Assembly: GCA_965209035.1 (NCBI GenBank)
Contig: OZ242372.1
Location: forward strand, 960,001-1,024,000
DNA length: 64,000 nt
Source of the DNA: Gammaproteobacteria bacterium
Lineage (GTDB): Bacteria; Pseudomonadota; Gammaproteobacteria; CBDBNL01; JAAOII01
Direction: 5' to 3'
In this document: piece by piece, positions 1 to 8,939 of the stretch
How the letters are laid out: each line of letters starts with the position of its first letter
Position numbering within the stretch: position 1 is the first letter of the stretch
Notes under the pieces: generated by a model
Database searches by the model: none
What the model saw: only the letters and a program-made list of their open reading frames with translations
Told to the model about the DNA's origin: nothing
Program-made: the position numbers and the translations under genes

Positions 1-220
1 CTTCTGCCTTATAATTCACAAATAATGATAATGCTTCCGGCTTTTTTAACGCTATTAAAGACAAAAAAGAAAGAGTATCAATAACAACCGTTATGCTTTG
101 TTTGAAACCTTCTGCCTTATAATTCACAAATAATGATAATGCTTCCGTTCACGCGGCTTTTTTAACGCTATTAAAGACAAAAAAGAAAGTGTCAATAACA
201 ACCGTTATGCTTTGTTTGAA
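1..220. repeat. Imperfect direct tandem duplication (1-108 / 109-220) of the upstream region and first codons of the first lipoprotein gene
   Basis: cttctgccttataattcacaaataatgataatgcttccg...accgttatgctttgtttgaa occurs at 1 and again at 109, with small indels; may extend beyond the window edge. Confidence 0.9.
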
Positions 221-3200
221 GCCTATCGCAGCAATCACAAACCGACCGGCCGGGAGATTGTTATCCCCTTTATTAATTGGCGGATTTTTGCTCCCCCTTC
301 TTTCCGCTTGTGAAAGCGGAGCTGGAAGTGATGGCAACAGCGCCGTCGCTGACGTTCCCGGGCCGGTTATCCCTTCCGCTCTCCCCGCGATCTCTGACTT
401 GGAAGTCGTACCGGATCGGAATCTATTGAACTTCAGTTGGACCAATCCGAACCGAAATGACATAGTCGGGTTTAATATTACCCGGAGCAGAGCGGAACAG
501 GACGAAATATTCTCACTCACGGAAGTTGATACCCGCCCTTTGGCAAAGATACGCTATATCATGGATGACGAAGATCTTAGCGAAGCCCGTATCTACACGG
601 TGAGTGTGACGGTAATTTATGAAGGCAGCCGGGTAGCCGTGTCAAACTTTTTACATCGCCGACCCGGCGAAAACACAGACGGCGACGGATTCCCGGATAT
701 TATAGATGCGGACGACGACAATGACGGAATTGATGATTATGTGACAAGCGGGATAGCGTTGGATGCTTGCCCGAGGGGTGAAACCGATTGGCTCGCCAAT
801 GCGACGACGGACAACGATCGTGACGGCTGTCGCGATCGCGATGAGGACCCGGACGATGACAATGACGGGGTGACGGATGCGAACGATGCGTTTGCCAAGG
901 ATGCCTGTGCGAGCATTGACACCGATAACGATACGCAACCGGATACTCTGGTTACCAACTGCTCAACTTCTTTGGCGGAAGACCCGGACGACGACAATGA
1001 CGGTGTAAATGATGCGAACGATGCGTTTGCCAAGGATGCTTGCGCGAGTATTGACACCGATAACGATTCGCAACCGGATACTCTGATTGCCGGCTGCCCA
1101 ACTACTTTGGCGGAAGACCCGGACGACGACAATGACGGGGTGACGGATGCGAACGATGCGTTTGCCAAGGATGCCTGCGCAAGCATTGACACAGATAACG
1201 ATTCGCAACCGGATACTCTGGTTCCCAACTGCCTAACTACTTTGACGGAAGACCCGGACGACGACAACGACACAGTAAATGATATTGCAAGCGACGGGAC
1301 CGAATTGGATCTGTGCCCGAGAGGCGAGACCGCCTGGCTTGCCAATGCGACAACGGACCATGATGGTGACGGCTGTCGCGATCGCGATGAGGACGCGGAC
1401 GACGACAATGACGGAGTTGATGATTATGTGACAAGCGGGATAGCGTTGGATGCTTGCCCGAGAGGCGAGACCGCCTGGCTTTCCAATGCGACGACGGACA
1501 ACGATCGTGACGGCTGTCGCGATCGTGATGAGGACCCGGACGATGACAACGACGGGGTGACGGATGCGAACGATGCGTTTGCCAAGGATGCTTGTGCAAG
1601 CATTGACACCGATAACGATACGCAACCGGATACTCTGATTGCCGGCTGCCCAACTACTTTGGCGGAAGACCCGGACGACGACAACGACACAGTAAATGAT
1701 TTTGCAAGCGACGGAACTATCTTGGATCGCTGTTCACCGGGGGAAATCGGCTGGCTTTCCAATGCAACAACGGACCATGACGGTGACGGCTGTCGCGATC
1801 GCGATGAGGACCCGGACGACGACAATGACGGTGTAAACGATGTCTTCCGGACGAACGGGACTGCGTTAGATGCCTGCCCGAGAGGCGAGACCGGTTGGCT
1901 TTCCAATGCAACAACGGACCATGACGGTGACGGCTGTCGCGATCGCGATGAGGACCCGGACGATGACAATGACGGGGTGACGGATGCGAACGATGCGTTT
2001 GCCAATGATGCCTGTGCAAGCATTGACACAGATAACGATATGCAACCGGATACTCTGGTTCCCAATTGCCAAACTTCTTTAAAGGAAGACCCGGACGACG
2101 ACAACGACACAGTAAATAATTTTGCAAGCGACGGAACTATCTTGGATCGCTGTTCACCGGGGGAAATCGGTTGGCTTTCCAATGCAACGACGGACCATGA
2201 TGGTGACGGCTGTCGCGATCGCGATGAGGATACGGACGATGACAATGACGGGGTGGCGGATGCGCAAGATCTGTGTCCGCGAGGTGTGCTCCGTTGGAGT
2301 TCGGGTTTGACGACAGACCAGGATCGTGACGGTTGCAGAGATCGCGACGAAGATGCGGATGACAACAATAACAGTTTGATAGAAATCAATACGCTGGACG
2401 CACTGGCATTGCTGCGCGATGACCTGAACGCCGACGGTGCGGACGATGGCTATCTTGCCGAAATTGTCGTGCCGGATTGGGCGGGCTGTCCCGCTGCAGG
2501 TTGCATTGGCTATGAATTGATGCGCTCTCTCAATTTTAGTGATATCCATTCTTACGCATTAGGCAGTACCAATAGAAGTGTGTGGACCGGCGGCAACGGC
2601 TGGTCGCCGATTGGCTCTTGCGCCGCCGATGACAGTTGTCTATTCTATAGCGGAATTTTTGACGGCAATAATCATAGTATTTCCAATCTGTTCATCTCGG
2701 CGGGTAATGCGGTTAATGGCGTAGGTCTGTTTGCCGCGACGAGTGGGACTGTGCAAAACTTACATCTGCCGGCTGCGAGTGTCAGCGGCGGCGGCAAGAA
2801 TGTGGGCTTGCTGGCGGGTAACGGGCGCAATGCCTATTTTGAGAATATTTGGGTTTCGGGAACGGCGATAAGCCCGGCTGCCGATGGCATAGGTACTTTT
2901 GCCGGGGATGCCTCGGGTGCAACTTTGATGCAAATAGTTGTTAATGGCAGTTATGTGTCCGGCAATGCAAGTGTCGGCGGTTTGGTCGGCAACGGCGAAA
3001 GGGCCCGAGTTTTTCGTTCGTCCGTGTCCGGTGCGGTCCTATTGGGTAACGCATCTGTGGGCGGTTTGATCGGAGCCGGCGAAAGCAGCCGGATTAGATT
3101 TTCATCCGTGTCCGATGGCAGCGTATCCGGCACCGAAAATGTCGGCGGTCTAGTCGGGGCCGGCGGAAGAACTCGCATCACCTCTTCGTCCGTGTCCGGC

Positions 3201-4238
3201 AGTGTTGTATTTGGCAGCGGCAATTTTGTCGGCACTCTGATCGGAGACGGCAGTAATTCTCGGATTAGTTATTCGTCCGTCTCGGGTGGCAGCGTATCCG
3301 GCCGGGAGTCTGTCGGCGGCCTGGTCGGGCGTATAGAGGGCCGGAATTCTCAAATGATTCATTCCTATACTGCCGAGGTTAATGTATCCGGCACTCTAAA
3401 TGTGGGCGGCCTGGCAGGACACAGCACTGATACTCCGATGAGTCATTCGTATATTCTCGGCGGCACCGTATCCGGCAACTCAAATGTCGGCGGCTTGATT
3501 GGACAGGGCGCGGATTTTGTGCTTAATCATTCATATGCACTCGGAAGCAATGTATCCGGCAATGATGAAAATGTGGGCGGTTTGGTCGGCGCCGGCACCG
3601 ATATCCGGATTAGCGATTCGTATGCGTCCGGCGGCCCCGTATCCGGTAATTCAAGTGTCGGCGGTCTGGTCGGCTCCGGCACAGGCGGTCTAATTAGGCG
3701 TTCATACGCATCCGGCGGCCCCGTATCCGGTAACTCAAATGTCAGCGGCCTACTCGGATCCGGCACAATGTCTTCCCTCGATTCTCATTGGGATAAGAAT
3801 ACTACCGGTCAAGCTCTATCCGGCGTTTTTGGCGTGCTTCCCAGATCTACAAGTGACTTGCAAGCACCGATTGGTGCCGGCAGTAGTATCTACTCGCTTT
3901 GGGGGGATGTCTGGTGCAATCCGAACACAATTGAAGTGATAGAAAGTCGGGCACAACCTGCCGCAGACTTTGTCCGTGTTTGGAATTTCGGCAGCAGGAC
4001 TCAATATCCCGCCCTGTACTGCACACCGGGCGGAATTGCGGTCCAACGCCCCGATGATGCGTTTCCCGCGGATGCTTGTGCAAGTACAGACATTGACGGC
4101 GACGGTTTTCCGGAGGATCTGATTGTCAACTGTCCGGCAACCACATCCTTGCTGGCGGATAATTGTCCGACAGTTTTCAATCCGACACAGGCGGATACGG
4201 ACAACGACAATACGGGCGACGCCTGTGACAACGACTAA
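189..4238 (+). CDS. Large surface lipoprotein: FN3-like N-domain, many TSP type-3-like Ca-binding repeats, GLUG-motif beta-helix, C-terminal TSP3 repeats
   Basis: 1349-aa ORF; hydrophobic stretch plus LSAC lipobox; repeated DxDxDG/DPDDDNDG and DACP motifs; about 13 xVGGLVG rungs; QYPALYCTPGG cap. Start could be ATG 207. Confidence 0.85.
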   Translation: MSITTVMLCLKPIAAITNRPAGRLLSPLLIGGFLLPLLSACESGAGSDGNSAVADVPGPVIPSALPAISDLEVVPDRNLLNFSWTNPNRNDIVGFNITRSRAEQDEIFSLTEVDTRPLAKIRYIMDDEDLSEARIYTVSVTVIYEGSRVAVSNFLHRRPGENTDGDGFPDIIDADDDNDGIDDYVTSGIALDACPRGETDWLANATTDNDRDGCRDRDEDPDDDNDGVTDANDAFAKDACASIDTDNDTQPDTLVTNCSTSLAEDPDDDNDGVNDANDAFAKDACASIDTDNDSQPDTLIAGCPTTLAEDPDDDNDGVTDANDAFAKDACASIDTDNDSQPDTLVPNCLTTLTEDPDDDNDTVNDIASDGTELDLCPRGETAWLANATTDHDGDGCRDRDEDADDDNDGVDDYVTSGIALDACPRGETAWLSNATTDNDRDGCRDRDEDPDDDNDGVTDANDAFAKDACASIDTDNDTQPDTLIAGCPTTLAEDPDDDNDTVNDFASDGTILDRCSPGEIGWLSNATTDHDGDGCRDRDEDPDDDNDGVNDVFRTNGTALDACPRGETGWLSNATTDHDGDGCRDRDEDPDDDNDGVTDANDAFANDACASIDTDNDMQPDTLVPNCQTSLKEDPDDDNDTVNNFASDGTILDRCSPGEIGWLSNATTDHDGDGCRDRDEDTDDDNDGVADAQDLCPRGVLRWSSGLTTDQDRDGCRDRDEDADDNNNSLIEINTLDALALLRDDLNADGADDGYLAEIVVPDWAGCPAAGCIGYELMRSLNFSDIHSYALGSTNRSVWTGGNGWSPIGSCAADDSCLFYSGIFDGNNHSISNLFISAGNAVNGVGLFAATSGTVQNLHLPAASVSGGGKNVGLLAGNGRNAYFENIWVSGTAISPAADGIGTFAGDASGATLMQIVVNGSYVSGNASVGGLVGNGERARVFRSSVSGAVLLGNASVGGLIGAGESSRIRFSSVSDGSVSGTENVGGLVGAGGRTRITSSSVSGSVVFGSGNFVGTLIGDGSNSRISYSSVSGGSVSGRESVGGLVGRIEGRNSQMIHSYTAEVNVSGTLNVGGLAGHSTDTPMSHSYILGGTVSGNSNVGGLIGQGADFVLNHSYALGSNVSGNDENVGGLVGAGTDIRISDSYASGGPVSGNSSVGGLVGSGTGGLIRRSYASGGPVSGNSNVSGLLGSGTMSSLDSHWDKNTTGQALSGVFGVLPRSTSDLQAPIGAGSSIYSLWGDVWCNPNTIEVIESRAQPAADFVRVWNFGSRTQYPALYCTPGGIAVQRPDDAFPADACASTDIDGDGFPEDLIVNCPATTSLLADNCPTVFNPTQADTDNDNTGDACDND
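700..2370 (+). repeat. Intragenic array of two near-identical acidic modules (DACPRGETxWL..GCRDRDEDxDDDND and GVTDANDAFAKDACASIDTDND..EDPDDDND)
   Basis: Near-identical DNA blocks recur, e.g. gtgacggatgcgaacgatgcgtttgccaa at ~870, ~1140, ~1557, ~1977. Confidence 0.9.
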
Positions 4239-4410
4239 GACAAGGTGCCGGATGATACAAATGAACAATTCCCCCACTGCCGTTTGGGTAAACCGGGCAG
4301 GAAAGGTCCTTAAGAAGGCCCTTAAATCGGCTGAATTGTACAATTACAGTTAAAGAGCAATGTAAAAACGGATTGCCCTTATACTTTAACAAGATGTTTC
4401 GCTATTTCTT

Positions 4411-5115
4411 ATGAACACACAAACTGTCAAACAACCCGAAGGCTCCGGTCTGAAAGGGCGCGAAGTCCTTGGCAAGGATATAGAGGTATATTCCAATGCC
4501 CGGGACCCCTACTGCCATCGGCTGCGCTTTGCCCTGCGGATAAAAAATGTCCGCCCCCAATTCATAGAAGTGAATGACATCGGCAGACCTCCCGCCACTC
4601 TGCGTGACATTAATCCGCGCTGTAAGGATCATGCCGTCCCGACTCTGGTGGAACGCGATCTGGTGATCTACCATCCCGACATCCTGATGCGGTACATTAA
4701 CGACAAGTTCCCAAGTCCGCCGTTGTTTCCTCAGCACCCGGGAGAACTCGCCCGATACAATATTCAACTTTGGCAAATCAAAGAAAGCATCGTTGAACCT
4801 TGTGATGTCATTCTTGCCGGCAAAAATCGCTACAAGTCCTCCAAGTTGGAAAGCAACCTGCTGAGCGAAGTGGTGATGCTAACCTATCGGGACGAAGATC
4901 GGTTTGCCGTTTCGGAGTATCCAAAAACACGCCTGCCGGATATGATTGATTGTATGTTGGCGCCGGTTCTCTGGCGTTTTTCGGTTCTTGGAATTAACAT
5001 ACCGAACAATGTTGCCAAATACCGCAAGTTAACATCCTATATGCAATGGCTGTTTCGTCAACCCACTTTCATAGAAAGTTGCACCGAAGCGGAACTGGAA
5101 ATGTTCACCGACTAA
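4411..5115 (+). CDS. sspA: Stringent starvation protein A (GST fold), divergent
   Basis: YS..DPYCHR.R, VPTLVERDLV.Y..ILMRYINDKFPSPPLFP, DC.LAPVLWR and F.ES.TEAELEM match the SspA pattern. Confidence 0.8.
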   Translation: MNTQTVKQPEGSGLKGREVLGKDIEVYSNARDPYCHRLRFALRIKNVRPQFIEVNDIGRPPATLRDINPRCKDHAVPTLVERDLVIYHPDILMRYINDKFPSPPLFPQHPGELARYNIQLWQIKESIVEPCDVILAGKNRYKSSKLESNLLSEVVMLTYRDEDRFAVSEYPKTRLPDMIDCMLAPVLWRFSVLGINIPNNVAKYRKLTSYMQWLFRQPTFIESCTEAELEMFTD

Positions 5116-5298
5116 GCGGTTCATCTGATCCTCTCATCTTATCCTCGCGGGAAGGGAGGAGGGAGGAGGACTAATGCACTCGCCCTCGCATCGCAAAGAG
5201 AAAGTTGCACCGAAGCGGAACTGGAAATGTTCACCGACTAAGCGGTTAATCTTGTCCTCTAATCTGATCCTCGCGGGAAGAGGACTAATGCACTCGCC
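5073..5298. repeat. Direct repeat of the sspA 3' end and downstream DNA
   Basis: 5073-5121 is identical to 5199-5247 (includes the stop codon); degenerate similarity continues to ggactaatgcactcgcc. Confidence 0.9.
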
Positions 5299-5353
5299 GC
5301 TTTCCCCTACATTTTCCTCTATATTTTCCCGGGGCTTCCCCCTGCACTTCCCC

Positions 5354-6778
5354 CTATATTTTTCCGGGGGCCTTCCCCTGCGGCGACTTCTTCCGGCTTT
5401 GTGTTTCCGCCGCCGCCATCTCAAACATCGTTTCAATGGCATGGCCAATATGGCTACTCGTCCGAATGCGGGCATCAAACGATTTGGCCGGGGCGTTCGC
5501 CTCCGGCACCAGCAGATTATGAAAGCCGTGCCGCACCGCCGCCTCTATTCTTTCCTGTCCGTAAGCGGACGGCCGGATCTCACCGTTTAGCCCCACCTCG
5601 CCGAACGCGGCAAACTTCGGCGGCGGCACCTTGTTTTTCAAAATAGACACCACCGCCAAGAGTAACGGCAAGTCCGTGGCGGTCTCTTCCACCCGAAGCC
5701 CCCCGACCAAACTGATATAGATATTGTTATTCTTCGGCGAGATGCCGCAATGACAATTAAGCACCGCCATTAATAATCCCGCCCGATTCGCATCCATCCC
5801 AATCACAATCTGACGCGGATAAGCGGTAACCTGCGAATCCGCCAAGGACTGAACCTCCACCAGCATAGGGCGGCTGCCTTCGCGCACAATACCGGTAACA
5901 CTGCCGGCAATCGGCGTATCGGAACGGGACAAAAAGATCGCGGAAGGGTTGCGAACGCCCTTCAAACCGGTTTCGGTCATCGCAAAGATGCCAACCTCAT
6001 TAACCCTGCCGAAACGATTCTTCAAAGCGCGCAGTGTTCGATAGCGCGTATCTTCCGTGCTTTCCAATAACAGGGAAGCATCCACAAGATGCTCCAAAAC
6101 GCGCGGCCCCGCCAGAGAACCCTCTTTGGTAACATGACCGATGATTAACACCGCACAACCTGCGGACTTCGCATACTCCATCAATCGCATCGCACACTCG
6201 CGCACCTGGGCAACTCCGCCGGCGGTGCCGCTCTGCTCTGCCGAGTGCATCACCTGAATAGAATCTATGACCATCAGATCCGGTTTATCCCGCTCCATAG
6301 TCGCCAGAATTTTTCCCAGGTCATTGGCCGCGAGAACCCGAATCGGGCACTGACTCACCCCCAGCCGCCGGGCATGCAGCACAATCTGGCTCTCGGACTC
6401 CTCACCGCTGACATAACAGACGCGATAATTACGCGACAGATCGGCCATGGCTTGCATCAGCAGGGTGCTTTTGCCCGCCCCCGGACTCCCGCCGATCAGA
6501 ATCACCGAGCCCGCAACCAGACCGCCGCCCAGCACCCGGTCCAACTCGGCCGAGCCGGTGGAAAAGCGAATGTCCTCTCGGATTTGTATATCGCCGAGCA
6601 GTTTAGCCGGCGGCAAGGATTTTAAGGCCTTTAATGCCTTTTGTGTGTGCCGCGACTTCTCGGCAACATTGTTGTCTTCCTTTAAAGTGTTCCACTTGCC
6701 GCAGTGGTTACACTGTCCCTGCCAGCGAGAATGGCGACCGCCGCAATCGCCGCAGATGTAAACCGAATCTTTTGCCAC
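5354..6778 (-). CDS. radA: DNA repair protein RadA/Sms
   Basis: N-terminal C4 zinc finger, Walker A GSPGAGKST, KNRFG motif, Lon-like C-domain GEVGLNGEIR. Confidence 0.97.
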   Translation of the reverse strand: MAKDSVYICGDCGGRHSRWQGQCNHCGKWNTLKEDNNVAEKSRHTQKALKALKSLPPAKLLGDIQIREDIRFSTGSAELDRVLGGGLVAGSVILIGGSPGAGKSTLLMQAMADLSRNYRVCYVSGEESESQIVLHARRLGVSQCPIRVLAANDLGKILATMERDKPDLMVIDSIQVMHSAEQSGTAGGVAQVRECAMRLMEYAKSAGCAVLIIGHVTKEGSLAGPRVLEHLVDASLLLESTEDTRYRTLRALKNRFGRVNEVGIFAMTETGLKGVRNPSAIFLSRSDTPIAGSVTGIVREGSRPMLVEVQSLADSQVTAYPRQIVIGMDANRAGLLMAVLNCHCGISPKNNNIYISLVGGLRVEETATDLPLLLAVVSILKNKVPPPKFAAFGEVGLNGEIRPSAYGQERIEAAVRHGFHNLLVPEANAPAKSFDARIRTSSHIGHAIETMFEMAAAETQSRKKSPQGKAPGKI

Positions 6779-6828
6779 TGTCTTAACTGTTTTAACTGTC
6801 TTAACTGCCTTATGCGGGTATTAACCGA

Positions 6829-7551
6829 TTAAGGCGCCAGGTACCGGGTTCGCCAGTTTCCTCTCCACCCGGTATAACACAACCGGCGATGCAAACGATT
6901 CGGCGCACCCTGCCAAAACTCAAAATAATCCGCAGCCACCGCATAGCCACCCCAATCTTTTGGGCGCGGCACCTCCCGATTGGCAAACTTCTTTTCCGCG
7001 GCGGCCGCACTCGCTTCCAATTCCGCCGGGTCCTTCAAAACGGAACTTTGCGGCGATGCCCATGCTCCAAGGCGATGGCCGCGCGGCCGCGTCGCATAAT
7101 AGGCGTCGGAATGCCGGGACGGCACCCGGCTCGCCTTCCCTTCAACGCGCACCTGGCGTGCCAACTCTTCCCACCAAAAGGTCAAAGATACCCGGTTTTG
7201 GGCCGTCAGTTGCATTCCTTTGGCACTGAGATAATTGGTATAAAAAACAAAAGCGGGCAGCGCGAAACGCAACGGGCTGCTATCCGATCCGGCAGCATAC
7301 AGCTGTCGCAACAAAACGATGCGCCCGTGCGGTCGCCCCCGGGCATCCGCCGTCGCCAAATGCATCGCATTGGGTTCTTGCATATTGCTCTTCTCCGCCG
7401 CCGCCAGCCACTCGGAGAACAATTCCAAAGGTTCCGCCGGCGGAGTCAAAAGAGCGGAGGAAGTATCGGCGACATACTGCCGGCGGCGGTCAAGTGCCTG
7501 GGCATTGCCCGCCCGCTTGCCTCCCTTAAGAATAAAGTTAAAAAAATTCAT
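6829..7551 (-). CDS. pdxH: Pyridoxamine 5'-phosphate oxidase
   Basis: EPNAM.LAT, FYTNY.S.KG, RQVRVEG, WASPQS, EFWQG...RLH.R, LAP end. Confidence 0.95.
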   Translation of the reverse strand: MNFFNFILKGGKRAGNAQALDRRRQYVADTSSALLTPPAEPLELFSEWLAAAEKSNMQEPNAMHLATADARGRPHGRIVLLRQLYAAGSDSSPLRFALPAFVFYTNYLSAKGMQLTAQNRVSLTFWWEELARQVRVEGKASRVPSRHSDAYYATRPRGHRLGAWASPQSSVLKDPAELEASAAAAEKKFANREVPRPKDWGGYAVAADYFEFWQGAPNRLHRRLCYTGWRGNWRTRYLAP

Positions 7552-7648
7552 TTATCTTATCTTAAGAGCATCCTCAAGATATCGCCTCCCGGCAGCATCC
7601 AAAGCGTCCGCCAAAGCAGCCGTCCAAGCCCTTTCGTTAGCCGCAGGG

Positions 7649-8656
7649 TCACAATAATCGCGCCAGTTCGTTTTGCCAAAGTGCGAATTCCTCGCCCCCC
7701 GCATCTTCGGGGAAAATCGTCCGCTCCGGGATTTGTATATTCCGCGGCGAACGCGGCGCATTCATATGCTCCAAGTGATTGAGCGCACGGCGAATCGCAT
7801 CCGCATCATTGCACACCAAAAGAAAATCATTGCCGGCATCCAATGCGTCCTCAACCGCCTGTTCCATCCGATCGGGATACAGTTTCCCCACAGCCCCCAT
7901 TGTCAAATCATCGCATAGGATCGCCCTGTCATAATCCATCTCCCGTCGCAGTTTTTCTTGCAACCAAAAAGGGGAAAAAGTCGCCGCCCGATAGTCCGCT
8001 TTCGGGTAAACAACATGCGCGGTGAGCACGCCGTGCAGCGAATTCAAGCAGCGCTCAAATGCCGACAAGTCCGCCATCACTTCGGATAACTCGCGGGCAT
8101 CTTGCGGCAATTCCAGATGCGAGTCGGCACGCACCTTGCCGTGGCCGGGAAAGTGTTTGCCGATCGCGGCAACCCCGGCCGCCGCCAGACCTGCCGCATA
8201 AGCGGTCGCCAACAGAGCAACAATATCGGCATCGGCCGCAAAAGAGCGACCTCGCTTGCCACCGATGACCTCACCAAGGCGGGCGGTAACATCCAAGACA
8301 GGGGCATAATTCACATTCACCCCCGCCCGCCGCAACTCAACTCCCGCCAGTTTGCCGCAGATGCCGGCGAGAGACTGCGCCGACTCCGGGTCCCGCGCAA
8401 ACATCTTGCCAAGTTCGGCGGCGGCCGGCAACCTTGTAAAGTCCCGTAAAAATCGTTGCACTGCGCCGCCTTCGTGGTCAGCGGAAATTAGAATATCGGG
8501 ACAAACCGAGCGTGCCTCGGCGGTCAGCGCGCACAACTGCCCAAGGCTCTCATAGTTGTAGGCAAAAAGAATCAAACCACCGCTGTAAGGATGTTGCAAT
8601 CGCTCTTTCTCCTCGGCACTTAAACGAACCCCGGCGGGACTCCAAATCACTGTCAT
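7649..8656 (-). CDS. nagZ: Beta-N-acetylhexosaminidase (GH3)
   Basis: DHEGG.VQR, APVLD, KHFPGHG....DSH, DDL.M, LVCN motifs. Confidence 0.93.
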   Translation of the reverse strand: MTVIWSPAGVRLSAEEKERLQHPYSGGLILFAYNYESLGQLCALTAEARSVCPDILISADHEGGAVQRFLRDFTRLPAAAELGKMFARDPESAQSLAGICGKLAGVELRRAGVNVNYAPVLDVTARLGEVIGGKRGRSFAADADIVALLATAYAAGLAAAGVAAIGKHFPGHGKVRADSHLELPQDARELSEVMADLSAFERCLNSLHGVLTAHVVYPKADYRAATFSPFWLQEKLRREMDYDRAILCDDLTMGAVGKLYPDRMEQAVEDALDAGNDFLLVCNDADAIRRALNHLEHMNAPRSPRNIQIPERTIFPEDAGGEEFALWQNELARLL

Positions 8657-8873
8657 AATCTCTATTTTACATTTTATTGTTTGTCATGCATATGCCTTCC
8701 CTTGCCCCACCCCGCCCTGCCTTGTCCTCTCCCTGTCCGGCATCCTCCCGGCAAGGTTCCGGACGCGGGTGGTGGAATGGCGTGTCCTCACATTAAAAAG
8801 CCCATTTTTTACAAATACGCAGAGTCCAAAACTGGGACGGGTCATACAAGTTAAAGAAATAGCCGGCGAAATA

Positions 8874-8882
8874 TGGTATACT
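8874..8882 (+). promoter_or_regulatory. Possible extended -10 promoter (TGGTATACT) ahead of the six-gene array
   Basis: TGnTATACT about 30-60 nt upstream of ATG 8913/8940; motif match only. Confidence 0.3.
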
Positions 8883-8939
8883 ATAACTATTCCTTATTTA
8901 AGGAACTTTATTATGAATTCACAATTACAAAAAGAAATT

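Noticed and set aside
7552-7761. 69-aa ORF between nagZ and pdxH
   Set aside because: Half overlaps nagZ and has no recognisable motif
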